The notes below the pieces were generated by a model, which had not been told where the DNA came from, made no database searches, and saw only the letters and a list, made by a program, of their open reading frames with translations. From positions 1-50,366 of the IMG/VR virus record IMGVR_UViG_3300045988_165035: DNA of 50,366 bases. One strand, written 5' to 3'. This DNA comes from a virus. Every line of letters begins with the position of its first letter. Position 1 is the stretch's first letter. Of the stretch, positions 32,939 through 40,721 are shown piece after piece. A program made the position numbers and the translations under genes.

Positions 32939-34758
32939 GAAAGACCCTTCTTTCTTTGATATTCCTCAACCTCAGACGAAATAACAGGTATTGCGACGCA
33001 TCGACAGTTGCTTACGGCTATATGATTAGCAACGAAAAGTCCGTTTTCTATCGTGAGGTCGTAAACAAAATGTCCTTTACTTACCCCAAAGCGCTTTACC
33101 TTCAGGCGCTTGAATTGATGCGTCAGGGGCAAACACTCACCGCCGCGAGTAAGGCGGTCGGCATCTACCCCGACAACGTGAGCAAACGTCTCCGCGGATG
33201 GGGCTATGAGATTCCCCGCGCCAAAATCAAGGCGCACAATCGACAAGACTTTCCGCTTGAAGAAATCAAAGCGTTGCTGGATCGAAAGTTCAGCGTTAAA
33301 GCCATCGCCAAACACTTCCAAACATCGCGCAACGTCATTACTCGGATACTTAACGAGGCCGGCATACAGCAACCCAACCGTAGCGAGGCCATGTTCATCC
33401 GAATGAGCAAAACAACGCGCCAAGAACGCGAGGAATTGACCCGCGCGGCGCACGATGCCGTCCGGGGCAAGAGTCAGCCCTTGGAGAACCGTGAACACAT
33501 TGCCGACAGTCGTTACATGAGACGAACGGCTTATTTCTTCGGCTACGGTGAGAAGGAGCTCCAGCGCGTCCTTGCGGAACGCGGCATCGCTACCTTGAGT
33601 CAGTTCCCAGTCGATATTTACAACATCGATCTTTTCTCCCGCCCGAATATCGCCATCGAACTCTCTTCCCACACTGCGGCACGTTTCAAAACGCCCGAAC
33701 AAGTGAAGCGAATCAAAAAGCTCGCTGAACTTCAGATCAAAACACTTGCCATCAGCCTTCAGTCCGTTGATGCCTTGCTGGGGAACATTGACGAGATAGT
33801 CGCCCTCCTTGAGCAAATACGCCGGGACAAAGCCCCTGTCCGTAAGTACTGGGTGGTTAGGTGTACACAGGAGCGTTTCGCCCGAATCCGTGATGAGTTC
33901 GGTCGTTTCGCCTGTGTACCAATAGCGCCACGCTTTGCGTGCTCCATAAAAGAAATTAACCTTGACTGACCCCGGGAAACACCGAATCGGCATCCCCGGC
34001 GCCACCTTCTCCCCGTCCACCACGGGGAGATCATCCCAGCGGTAAACCCCACGTCCGTAGGGCGTCATGGCGTTACCCGCGTGAACGTGGGACGGGCGGA
34101 CGCGTTCGTCGTTTGACGTGCTCCAGCGGAAGTACTTGAACCCCGCGGCCTCCTGTCGCGCACGGTTGACCGCGCTTTGCACTTTGGCCGTTTGATCTCG
34201 GGCAATGAGCGCCGCCCGGCTTCGCGTCACGCCGTAGGACTGAATTGCGTCGATGATCTGTTTCGACCGAACGCCCTGCATCATGTTTTGAAAAACGATG
34301 TCCGCCACCGCGTTCAAGTGTTGGGACGCTATGGACTTGATGAGCTGCACGTTTTGCTGCGTTGCCATCTGCAACACGCGCCGCAATGTCTCGTCCTGAT
34401 AGATATTGAGGGCAAAGTTTCGGTCGTTGAAAAGCGCAATCTGCCGTACAAAGGCCGAGGCATACTGCGCCGCCAACGTGTCAAATACGGGAGAGTTCCA
34501 CGCCATCCGAATTCGGGCGAGCAATTCATTGACGTCCACCTGCGCCGCATCCATGACGCCTTTGGGCGCCGGAAGATTCGGCACCACCTGCTCTATGACG
34601 TCACTGCTTATCCTTTTCAGGATCCCCAGCAGGTTTTTCAGGTACGCCACCTCCGGCGCTTTCGGCGCCCGCTTCGCCAGTCGTTTCTGTACCGTCTTCA
34701 GCGGGATTTTCGTAGAGTTGCTCCAGGGGGAGCTGCTTTTCGATGTTTTCAAGTTCAT
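32935..34758 (-). CDS. MuF / SPP1 gp7-type head morphogenesis protein interrupted by an intein
   Basis: Extein motifs RVRPSHVHAGN and PGMPIR|..|CRCVAIPV. A 325-aa Hint insertion lies between. The start is uncertain because ATG 34758 overlaps the portal gene by 158 nt. Confidence 0.8.
   Translation of the reverse strand: MNLKTSKSSSPWSNSTKIPLKTVQKRLAKRAPKAPEVAYLKNLLGILKRISSDVIEQVVPNLPAPKGVMDAAQVDVNELLARIRMAWNSPVFDTLAAQYASAFVRQIALFNDRNFALNIYQDETLRRVLQMATQQNVQLIKSIASQHLNAVADIVFQNMMQGVRSKQIIDAIQSYGVTRSRAALIARDQTAKVQSAVNRARQEAAGFKYFRWSTSNDERVRPSHVHAGNAMTPYGRGVYRWDDLPVVDGEKVAPGMPIRCFPGSVKVNFFYGARKAWRYWYTGETTELITDSGETLLCTPNHPVLTDRGFVPAYLLKEGDYLVNVPQQGINGLKADGKCFDLKFSELFDSLHLFGRFETCRSVGREFDGDIRAGEKIDVVNIDWELTQGSDAAFRKDALELLLTVAEEISRSSHVTTVGNVFTVLQGLTLAPDGIVRRAGQFLAFLARCFAHSDEHGLATVGLLYAGLVKYPSNDVARCLEVFGDGFNAELSIQQRFDFFKRKVLSIVRLDFGAGNLIAPSAETFAHVVGVDADRLTRGGECLPLTHQFKRLKVKRFGVSKGHFVYDLTIENGLFVANHIAVSNCRCVAIPVISSEVEEYQRKKGLS
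33007..33981 (-). mobile_element. Intein (aa 260-584 of the MuF-like protein)
   Basis: Block A CFPGSVKV. Block B LLCTPNHPVLT. Also GFVPAYLLKEGDYL. Blocks F/G HFVYDLTIENGLFVANHIAVSN followed by +1 Cys. Removing the insertion restores ..PIR-CRC.. Confidence 0.8.
33070..33969 (+). CDS. Homing-endonuclease-like protein (two HTH motifs plus a Vsr/DUF559-like PD-(D/E)xK nuclease), antisense and nested inside the intein
   Basis: HTH motifs TLTAASKAVGIYPDNVSKRL and SVKAIAKHFQTSRNVITRIL. Nuclease core GEKELQRVLAERGIATLSQFPVDIYNIDLFSRPNIAIELSS. GAGG lies 11 nt before ATG 33070. The stop is 10 nt from the intein boundary. Confidence 0.55.
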   Translation: MSFTYPKALYLQALELMRQGQTLTAASKAVGIYPDNVSKRLRGWGYEIPRAKIKAHNRQDFPLEEIKALLDRKFSVKAIAKHFQTSRNVITRILNEAGIQQPNRSEAMFIRMSKTTRQEREELTRAAHDAVRGKSQPLENREHIADSRYMRRTAYFFGYGEKELQRVLAERGIATLSQFPVDIYNIDLFSRPNIAIELSSHTAARFKTPEQVKRIKKLAELQIKTLAISLQSVDALLGNIDEIVALLEQIRRDKAPVRKYWVVRCTQERFARIRDEFGRFACVPIAPRFACSIKEINLD

Positions 34759-36025
34759 CTATCCGCTCCTCGTCGAACGTGTACTTTTCCGCCGCCTGCA
34801 AATTGCGCTGCACCTGCGAGACCGTGATAACACCGGCGTCGAGATACGCCATGTCGGCGTCCGCCTGCGTTTTGTTAGCCGTTGCTAAATCCATTGGACT
34901 CGGCGTAGAAAGTGGTTTCCATTCGTAGTTGAAGTCGTCGGGGAATCCCCCCGTCGCCGAACGAACAAGCACCTCGTCCAACTTGCGAAGAGCGGGATCG
35001 AGGACGTCGTTCTGCAGAGAGCGGAGGTAGTCGTTGTAGTTTCGAAGGTCGCTGTCGCCGGTTGCGTTAAGGCCGCCGGGCGACATTCCGAAGAGTTTCG
35101 TCATCGGCGTATGGCACGCGCCGGCGATCATCTGCATCTGCTTTTCGAGCAGGGTATCGATGCCCGTGTAAGTGACGTTTTTGCGCTCGAAATCTTCCGA
35201 GTCATCTAAAAGCGCCAAATGGACGACGGACTTCATCAGCCGAAACGTCTCGAACCGTTTCTGAATTGCCTGATCTTGGTCGGTGGAAAAGTCCGAGGCC
35301 AGCCCCTGCCGCTTAATAACGTCGACATTGAATTCCTGCAACGATTCGCCGACGCCGCCAATAGCCGACAAGAGGTCTTCAATCGGCTCCAGTGCCACGC
35401 GAAGGGTCGAGTCGCCCCACCCCTGGTTCATGTAACGAAGACGCGGCGGCAACGTTTCTCCGGTAAAGCGCACGATGTGCGAAGGATGCACCCGCGTGTT
35501 CTTCGCGTTGCCGATCAGGTACTCAGTCGGCATCATGAAGTCGGGCGACTCCACGTCCAAAACCTGAATACCGATGCCGCTTAACCAATAGCGGTCGAGC
35601 ACCAAGAGATTTTTCAGGCTTCCTTTGCCCAGCCGCTCAAGATTCAGCGGGCGCGACAAATCCTGATCGGTAATCATGACAATCGCGGCGCCCCCGTAAA
35701 GACGCGCCCAGCGATAGCAGTCGCGGACGGCATTTACAAGGCCGACGCGGTCTTCTTCGATTCGGATTTTGTCGGCGTCATCGCACTTGATTTCACGCCA
35801 TTCGCGGGTAATGTCCGCCGGGATAGTGTTGATGATGTTCTTCGCGAGCCACGATGACTGATACGCGGCCTCGTACTCCAGCCAATTGGTTACAAGGCCG
35901 TCGAACCGCCAATGCCCGTGACTGCGCTTACTCTGCATCGTCCCAAGGCCGGTGGCAAAGTTGACAAGGCCGTCCGCGACACGGGCGCCGAGGCGCGTGT
36001 CTCTCGTTTTTGTCTTCTTTTTCAT
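34601..36025 (-). CDS. Portal protein (DUF1073-type)
   Basis: 474 aa, directly after terL. Contains WLEYEAAYQSSWLAKNIINTIPADITREW. Confidence 0.8.
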   Translation of the reverse strand: MKKKTKTRDTRLGARVADGLVNFATGLGTMQSKRSHGHWRFDGLVTNWLEYEAAYQSSWLAKNIINTIPADITREWREIKCDDADKIRIEEDRVGLVNAVRDCYRWARLYGGAAIVMITDQDLSRPLNLERLGKGSLKNLLVLDRYWLSGIGIQVLDVESPDFMMPTEYLIGNAKNTRVHPSHIVRFTGETLPPRLRYMNQGWGDSTLRVALEPIEDLLSAIGGVGESLQEFNVDVIKRQGLASDFSTDQDQAIQKRFETFRLMKSVVHLALLDDSEDFERKNVTYTGIDTLLEKQMQMIAGACHTPMTKLFGMSPGGLNATGDSDLRNYNDYLRSLQNDVLDPALRKLDEVLVRSATGGFPDDFNYEWKPLSTPSPMDLATANKTQADADMAYLDAGVITVSQVQRNLQAAEKYTFDEERIDELENIEKQLPLEQLYENPAEDGTETTGEAGAESAGGGVPEKPAGDPEKDKQ

Positions 36026-36028
36026 TTG

Positions 36029-37468
36029 CTACAACATTTCAGAGTAAGGGATGACCTTCGGGTCAAGCATTTGACTGATGGCGTCACACATCGGGTCGAT
36101 CTGGTCGTCATGCAGGTGTGTGTCGTCTTTTGTAAACGCCTCGCATTCCGCAATGAAATCGTTCACAAACGGTGCCCCATCCGGCAGGTAGACGTAACCC
36201 GCCTGAATGAAGCCCTGCACGTCCATAACGCGTTCAAGCTTCGACCGCGATCGTTCAATCGGCTGCACCGGAATCCGTGGACGTCCGGCGCCCCCGCGCG
36301 TAATGCGCTGAATGAGTTCCGTCCCCGACGACTTGTCTTCAACAAAAAGCCGACGCAACGGGCTTCGTCGGTCGGCTTTCTGTTTTGCCCAAAAATCGGG
36401 GATCCTTCGTTCGAGTTCCCAGGCCTCGAATTTGTCGCGGAACATATCGAGGAGGTAAAGGTTGTTGTCCTCTCCAAGCCCCCAGCATTCCGCTACCTGG
36501 TAGTCGTTCGACTCTTTCTCCTTTTGCGCGGTATCAACGAACACGGCACGCCACTTCATCTTCGGCGCCACCGTGTAGCGTTTAAACCACGCACCCTTCA
36601 GAATGCCGCCGCCCAACGGCGTAGGCCGTTGCTGGTATTGCCCTGCGAAGACGTAGGAATTCTTGGAGGCCATCGCCTTCAAGCGTTCCAACGTGTGCTT
36701 TTCCGGCCACAGGGCGCGTTCGTGATCCGTCCCTTCGTCGAGAATCGCCGGAAGAATCAGCTGCTCGAAGTGGTACTCCTCGTCCTTGAGCAGCATCCCG
36801 CAGAAGTCTTCCTCGTGGATTCGCTGCATGATGACGATGCAAGGCGTTCGCGGGGAATTGAAACGGGACTTGATAACCGCGTCCCATCGGCGGTTAATGT
36901 TTTCGCGAAGTGTCTCGGAATGCGCGTCTGTAGGCTTCAGCGGATCATCAATGAGTATGCAACCGCAAAAGCCGCGCCCGTCTTCGAAATCGTCAACCTT
37001 ACCGGCGCCGTACCCCGTCACCTGTCCGCCTGCGGCACGGGCAAGAAAAACGCCGCTCTCCGTGGTTTTCCACGCGTTGGCGGCGTCTTTGCAAAGTCCG
37101 ATAGGCCACAGTTGTTGGAATTCCTGTGACTTAATGAGGTCGCGGATGGCATTCGAGTTATCCAGCGCCAACGCTTCTGAGTAGGACAAGTGGATGAATT
37201 CACACGATGGGTTTTTCATGAAGCACCACGCCGTGAACATTTTCACCACCAGCTCCGTCTTGGAGTATCGCGGCGGCATATTGATGATTAGGTGCGTCGT
37301 CTCCCCGTTGAAAACCCTCATCAGGGCTTTGGTGATTTCGTGGTGATGCCACGAAAAGCGGAATTTCGCCCCATGCTGCAGGGAGAAGAAATACCGGACA
37401 AAAAACTCAAAATCCTCCTCACAGCGCTGTTTGATTCGGCACAGCAGCTGTTTGTCGGTTATCTTCAT
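36029..37468 (-). CDS. terL: Terminase large subunit
   Basis: 479 aa. Walker A-like MPPRYSKTE, Walker B ILIDDP, and a C-terminal nuclease region with conserved acidic residues (FVDTAQKE...HDD). Confidence 0.85.
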   Translation of the reverse strand: MKITDKQLLCRIKQRCEEDFEFFVRYFFSLQHGAKFRFSWHHHEITKALMRVFNGETTHLIINMPPRYSKTELVVKMFTAWCFMKNPSCEFIHLSYSEALALDNSNAIRDLIKSQEFQQLWPIGLCKDAANAWKTTESGVFLARAAGGQVTGYGAGKVDDFEDGRGFCGCILIDDPLKPTDAHSETLRENINRRWDAVIKSRFNSPRTPCIVIMQRIHEEDFCGMLLKDEEYHFEQLILPAILDEGTDHERALWPEKHTLERLKAMASKNSYVFAGQYQQRPTPLGGGILKGAWFKRYTVAPKMKWRAVFVDTAQKEKESNDYQVAECWGLGEDNNLYLLDMFRDKFEAWELERRIPDFWAKQKADRRSPLRRLFVEDKSSGTELIQRITRGGAGRPRIPVQPIERSRSKLERVMDVQGFIQAGYVYLPDGAPFVNDFIAECEAFTKDDTHLHDDQIDPMCDAISQMLDPKVIPYSEML

Positions 37469-37484
37469 GCGTTCCGTCAGGGCA

Positions 37485-37512
37485 CAAAAAAAGGCGCCCC
37501 GAAGGACGCCTT
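37485..37512 (-). terminator. Intrinsic terminator just upstream of terL
   Basis: The minus strand reads AAGGCGTCC-TTCG-GGGCGCCTT followed by TTTTTT. The stem has G.U on the minus strand but C.A on the plus strand. Confidence 0.65.
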
Positions 37513-37530
37513 GTTGCTAATTTTGCAACT

Positions 37531-37761
37531 TTAATCGACGATCAATTCTCCATTTTCGTCGAAAAGTTTCTTTACTCGCTCAAATTCGGCCTCACTGATC
37601 TGGCCTTGCTTCATAACGCTACTTTCCGCAATATCAGAAAGCGTCACGCTCTCACCCAACATCCGAGAAATAAAGCCGAACGTATACCGCTGACCGTTGG
37701 TTAAATCAACGTACCAGCCACGATCTATATCGCTCGGAAGTTTTTTCTTGGGTTGCGCCAT
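37531..37761 (-). CDS. Hypothetical protein (76 aa) downstream of the ADP-ribosyltransferase
   Basis: TAATG overlap with the upstream gene. No motif. Confidence 0.6.
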   Translation of the reverse strand: MAQPKKKLPSDIDRGWYVDLTNGQRYTFGFISRMLGESVTLSDIAESSVMKQGQISEAEFERVKKLFDENGELIVD

Positions 37762-38849
37762 TACTGTTTCTCCATTTCGACAAAATACACGTCGTCGCGC
37801 TCATCATACCCTACTAAGCGCCCCTTTGTCCCGGGGGCGAAAAGGAATTCATTCTCCTGTGGGCTGATTGAGTGATTTTTCATCGCAATGGCGTGAGTTC
37901 CTGCTTTAACACGGAAAGCAATCGTACACCGATTGCCTCCGCCAAATGTTCGGGCTGTGAATAAATTCGTCGAAGTCGAAACAAAACCTTTTTCTAAAAA
38001 TTTCCCATCCTTTGACAGGATATTCTTTAACGCTTTTTTGCTTACACCACGATAAACGGTGCAATCCTTTTTTATTTCATTTGCCTGAATAGCCGCCTTG
38101 GCGTCTTCAATATACGACTCAAAAACGGCCTTGCCACCGATATTTTGATAATCTTTGCGGTACTCACGCGGCACCTTTCCGTCCCGAAGGATCCCGTTAA
38201 TGATTGCGCACTGACTGGACACCGAATATTCCTCCAGCGCTGCGTGCTGAGATTCCGTCGCCTTGCTTCCGCACCCCGTTTTCGCCAATCGGATCGATGC
38301 GCGTTCGTGTTCGGTCAAATCTTCATAAACGGCGTCGTAGCTCTTCTTTGCAGCCTTGAAAGCTTTCTGCGCCTCCGGCGACGTATCAATCTTAAATTCG
38401 CTATGTCCGCCGGCGGCTTTTGAAGTCGTTTTTGCCGATAATGCCGCAGATTTCTGCGCGGGCTTTTTCCACTCTGAAAACTTGGATGAAAACGGCGATT
38501 TCTTTTGCGGCGATACGTATTTCTCGGTTTTGGTCTTCGAGGTCAACGCTTTGGCGATTTTGTATGACGTTTCGGCCTTCGACTCGGCGCCCGCGCTTTT
38601 ACTCTTAGTTGCAGCCTTCGCCAATGTGGTTTTCTTCTCGCTCTTTGCTTCTTTGGCGGGCGCCGAGGCCTTCTCTTTGCCCTTCTTACCCAGTTCCGCG
38701 AGTTTCTTCCCGTTGAACTTTCCGCCCATCCCGGCTTTGATCTCGCCGGTCGCCCCGTCGATCTTGACGTGTTGGCCGGCGTTCTCATCTCCGTTCGGAT
38801 GCACCGTAATCCACCGATCCACGCCGTCGATAAGCACGCGTTTAAGCAT
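37761..38849 (-). CDS. ADP-ribosyltransferase (C3/VIP2-type R-S-E) with Lys/Ala/Ser-rich linker
   Basis: The C-terminal domain has CTVYRGV (Arg), GFVSTSTN (S-T-S) and QENEFLF (E-x-E). N-terminus RWITVHPNG...[14 protein letters not shown] 38849 overlaps the terS stop. Confidence 0.7.
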   Translation of the reverse strand: MLKRVLIDGVDRWITVHPNGDENAGQHVKIDGATGEIKAGMGGKFNGKKLAELGKKGKEKASAPAKEAKSEKKTTLAKAATKSKSAGAESKAETSYKIAKALTSKTKTEKYVSPQKKSPFSSKFSEWKKPAQKSAALSAKTTSKAAGGHSEFKIDTSPEAQKAFKAAKKSYDAVYEDLTEHERASIRLAKTGCGSKATESQHAALEEYSVSSQCAIINGILRDGKVPREYRKDYQNIGGKAVFESYIEDAKAAIQANEIKKDCTVYRGVSKKALKNILSKDGKFLEKGFVSTSTNLFTARTFGGGNRCTIAFRVKAGTHAIAMKNHSISPQENEFLFAPGTKGRLVGYDERDDVYFVEMEKQ

Positions 38850-39235
38850 CAAAATTCCTCGTCGAGTACTTTGTCAACAATGGCTTTCTGGCGTTCCGTC
38901 AACTCTTCGGATGCCTCAACCTGAATCGGCGCTCCATCGGCGCCCGTCATTTCCTGGCGGCTCGTTTCCTTCCAGCCGCATCGCGACTTGAGGTAGAAAA
39001 TCGTTGCGGCAATGTTTCCGGCCTTGATATGCTCCATCAGCTTCCCGCCGACGAACACATTGGCCTTAGCCTTCCCTCTTTTTATAGCCTCGCCAAATTG
39101 GACAAATTGAGCCTTCCGGCGAACTAGCGTTCGGTAGGAAATCCCCAAGGCCTGCGCGATCTCTTCTTCGTTGTCGCAGACCTGCGCGTATTGCTCGACC
39201 TTGGCAAGATCGATATCAATTTTCTTGCCGGCCAT
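38849..39235 (-). CDS. terS: Terminase small subunit
   Basis: [22 protein letters not shown], then [18 protein letters not shown], typical of small terminases. Confidence 0.7.
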   Translation of the reverse strand: MAGKKIDIDLAKVEQYAQVCDNEEEIAQALGISYRTLVRRKAQFVQFGEAIKRGKAKANVFVGGKLMEHIKAGNIAATIFYLKSRCGWKETSRQEMTGADGAPIQVEASEELTERQKAIVDKVLDEEF

Positions 39236-39356
39236 AGTGTTTTCTCTCAAAAATATTTGCCGAAGAGTGCGGGGCAGTTCCGCGTTTCGCCGAGTTATTG
39301 ATACGCCTCAAAGGGTTAAAAACTCCGCGGTCGCTGGGTCACCTCTTCGACAAAAT

Positions 39357-40064
39357 TCAGTGCTGCAGAGAATTGAAAGTCGCCCCTGTTTCTTCGAGGG
39401 TCGCTTCTTTCCCTGTCATTTCCTGCCAACGCTTGACGATCACATCCACGTACCGCGGATCCAATTCCATCAAACGAGCAACTCGTCCAGTCTCTTCCGA
39501 TGCGATCAGAGTCGTTCCGGAACCGCCAAAGCTATCGAAAATCACGTCTCCTTTCTTGGAGCTGTTTTCAATGAGATACCGGAAAAGCTCCACTGGTTTC
39601 ATTGTCGGATGGACACCGTTTCGCGTCGGCTTATCGAATTCGAGCACCGTCGACTGAGATCGGTCTGAATACCACTTATGCGCCGCCCCTTCTTTCCAAC
39701 CATACAGGCAAGGCTCGTGGCGCCACTGGTAGTCCTGACGCCCCATCACAAACATATTTTTCGCCCAAATGAGGCACTCGCGAATAGGCCAGCCAACGTC
39801 TCGACAAGCGCCGCGGAAATTGAATCCTTCGCTGTCTGCGTGCCAAATGTAGAAGACCGCCCCCGGCTGCATAACCGTGTCTGCCATAGAAAACGCATCA
39901 ACGAGGAACTGACGGAACTGCCCGTCTTCCATGTTGTCGTTTTGAATGGTGAGTGCATCTTTGGTGCCGCCCTCGTAGGCGACGTTATACGGCGGGTCGG
40001 TCAGGTACAGCGAGACAGTCGGAGTACCCCCCCCCCGTGCTCCCGAATAACTTTGAAATATCAT
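39357..40064 (-). CDS. N6-adenine/N4-cytosine DNA methyltransferase domain (3' fragment of a frame-broken ParB-MTase gene)
   Basis: DPPY motif (LYLTDPPYNVAY), SAM-binding FDSFGGSGTT and HPTMKPVEL. Confidence 0.8.
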   Translation of the reverse strand: MIFQSYSGARGGGTPTVSLYLTDPPYNVAYEGGTKDALTIQNDNMEDGQFRQFLVDAFSMADTVMQPGAVFYIWHADSEGFNFRGACRDVGWPIRECLIWAKNMFVMGRQDYQWRHEPCLYGWKEGAAHKWYSDRSQSTVLEFDKPTRNGVHPTMKPVELFRYLIENSSKKGDVIFDSFGGSGTTLIASEETGRVARLMELDPRYVDVIVKRWQEMTGKEATLEETGATFNSLQH

Positions 40065-40599
40065 CAGCCGAGCAAGAATCCCCGCACATCACCCGATGGG
40101 CGCCAAGGATCCACACATCGCCGCGTTTAGACACCGGGTCTTCCTGCGGCTCCGGTGCTTCATCCTCGTCACCGTCGGCGGATTCCGTCGGGGTTGCAAG
40201 CAATTCGTCAAGCTCCTCATCCGAAAATCCCGTCAGTTCGAGATCAACCCCCGCATCCTTCAAGTCACCCAATTCAAGGGCCAACATTTCGTTATCCCAC
40301 CCGGCGTCAAGCGCAAGGCGGTTATCCGCGAGAATGTAGGCTCGTTTCTGTGTTTCGGTGAGATTTTTCAGCTCAATACACGGGACTTCGGTAAGCCCGA
40401 GTTTTCGCGCCGCCAACGTCCGCCCATGCCCGGCAACGATACCGTTTTCGCCATCGATGATGATCGGGTTTGTCCAGCCGAATTCTTTGATCGAGGCGGC
40501 AATCCGTGCCACCTGTTCGTCGGAATGCGTGCGGGCGTTTCGAGCGTACGGGATAAGGTCTTCGACCTTGCGGTACGTGACTTCGAGCTGGTCAGTCAT
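39985..40599 (-). CDS. ParB-like nuclease domain (5' fragment of the frame-broken ParB-MTase gene)
   Basis: Contains LIPYARNARTHSDEQVARIAASIKEFGWTNPIIID...VAGHGRTLAA and RVMCGDS. ATG 40599 has GGAG 9 nt upstream. Confidence 0.8.
   Translation of the reverse strand: MTDQLEVTYRKVEDLIPYARNARTHSDEQVARIAASIKEFGWTNPIIIDGENGIVAGHGRTLAARKLGLTEVPCIELKNLTETQKRAYILADNRLALDAGWDNEMLALELGDLKDAGVDLELTGFSDEELDELLATPTESADGDEDEAPEPQEDPVSKRGDVWILGAHRVMCGDSCSADDISKLFGSTGGGYSDCLAVPDRPAV
40027..40036 (-). repeat. Homopolymeric G10 tract (C10 on the plus strand) at the ParB-MTase frame break
   Basis: Counted directly. G9 would fuse the frames to give ..KLFGSTGGGTPTVSLYLTDPPY.. Confidence 0.9.
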
Positions 40600-40615
40600 G
40601 GCGAAAACTCCGAAG

Positions 40616-40644
40616 AATAAAAAACCCGGCTTGCAAGGCCGGGT
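40616..40644 (-). terminator. Intrinsic terminator upstream of the ParB-MTase gene
   Basis: Stem acccggc/gccgggt (7 bp). TTTTTATT follows on the minus strand. Confidence 0.65.
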
Positions 40645-40685
40645 CAAAAACACAGCACGTAAGGTGCGGTGCTAAGGTAGACAAG

Positions 40686-40709
40686 AAAAAAGCGCCCACC
40701 GTGGAGCGC
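40686..40709 (-). terminator. Intrinsic terminator after the secreted-protein moron
   Basis: The minus strand reads GCGCTC-CACGGT-GGGCGC followed by TTTTTT (G.U pair only on the minus strand). Confidence 0.6.
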
Positions 40710-40721
40710 ACTAAGAAACCT

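Noticed and set aside
33286-33312. FGDGFNAEL in the sense (minus) frame of the intein centre, superficially LAGLIDADG-like.
   Set aside because: Only one weak motif is present, with no second motif at about 100 aa spacing and no surrounding helix pattern. The segment is better explained as the antisense of the plus-strand HTH/nuclease ORF.
35912-37129. 405-aa plus-strand ORF antisense to the terL/portal junction.
   Set aside because: It is Arg/Leu/Val-rich and low in complexity, with no ribosome-binding site. It spans the boundary of two well-supported minus-strand genes in codon-aligned antisense register, so it is a shadow ORF. It does show that long open antisense frames arise easily in this genome, which tempers the statistical argument for the intein-nested ORF.
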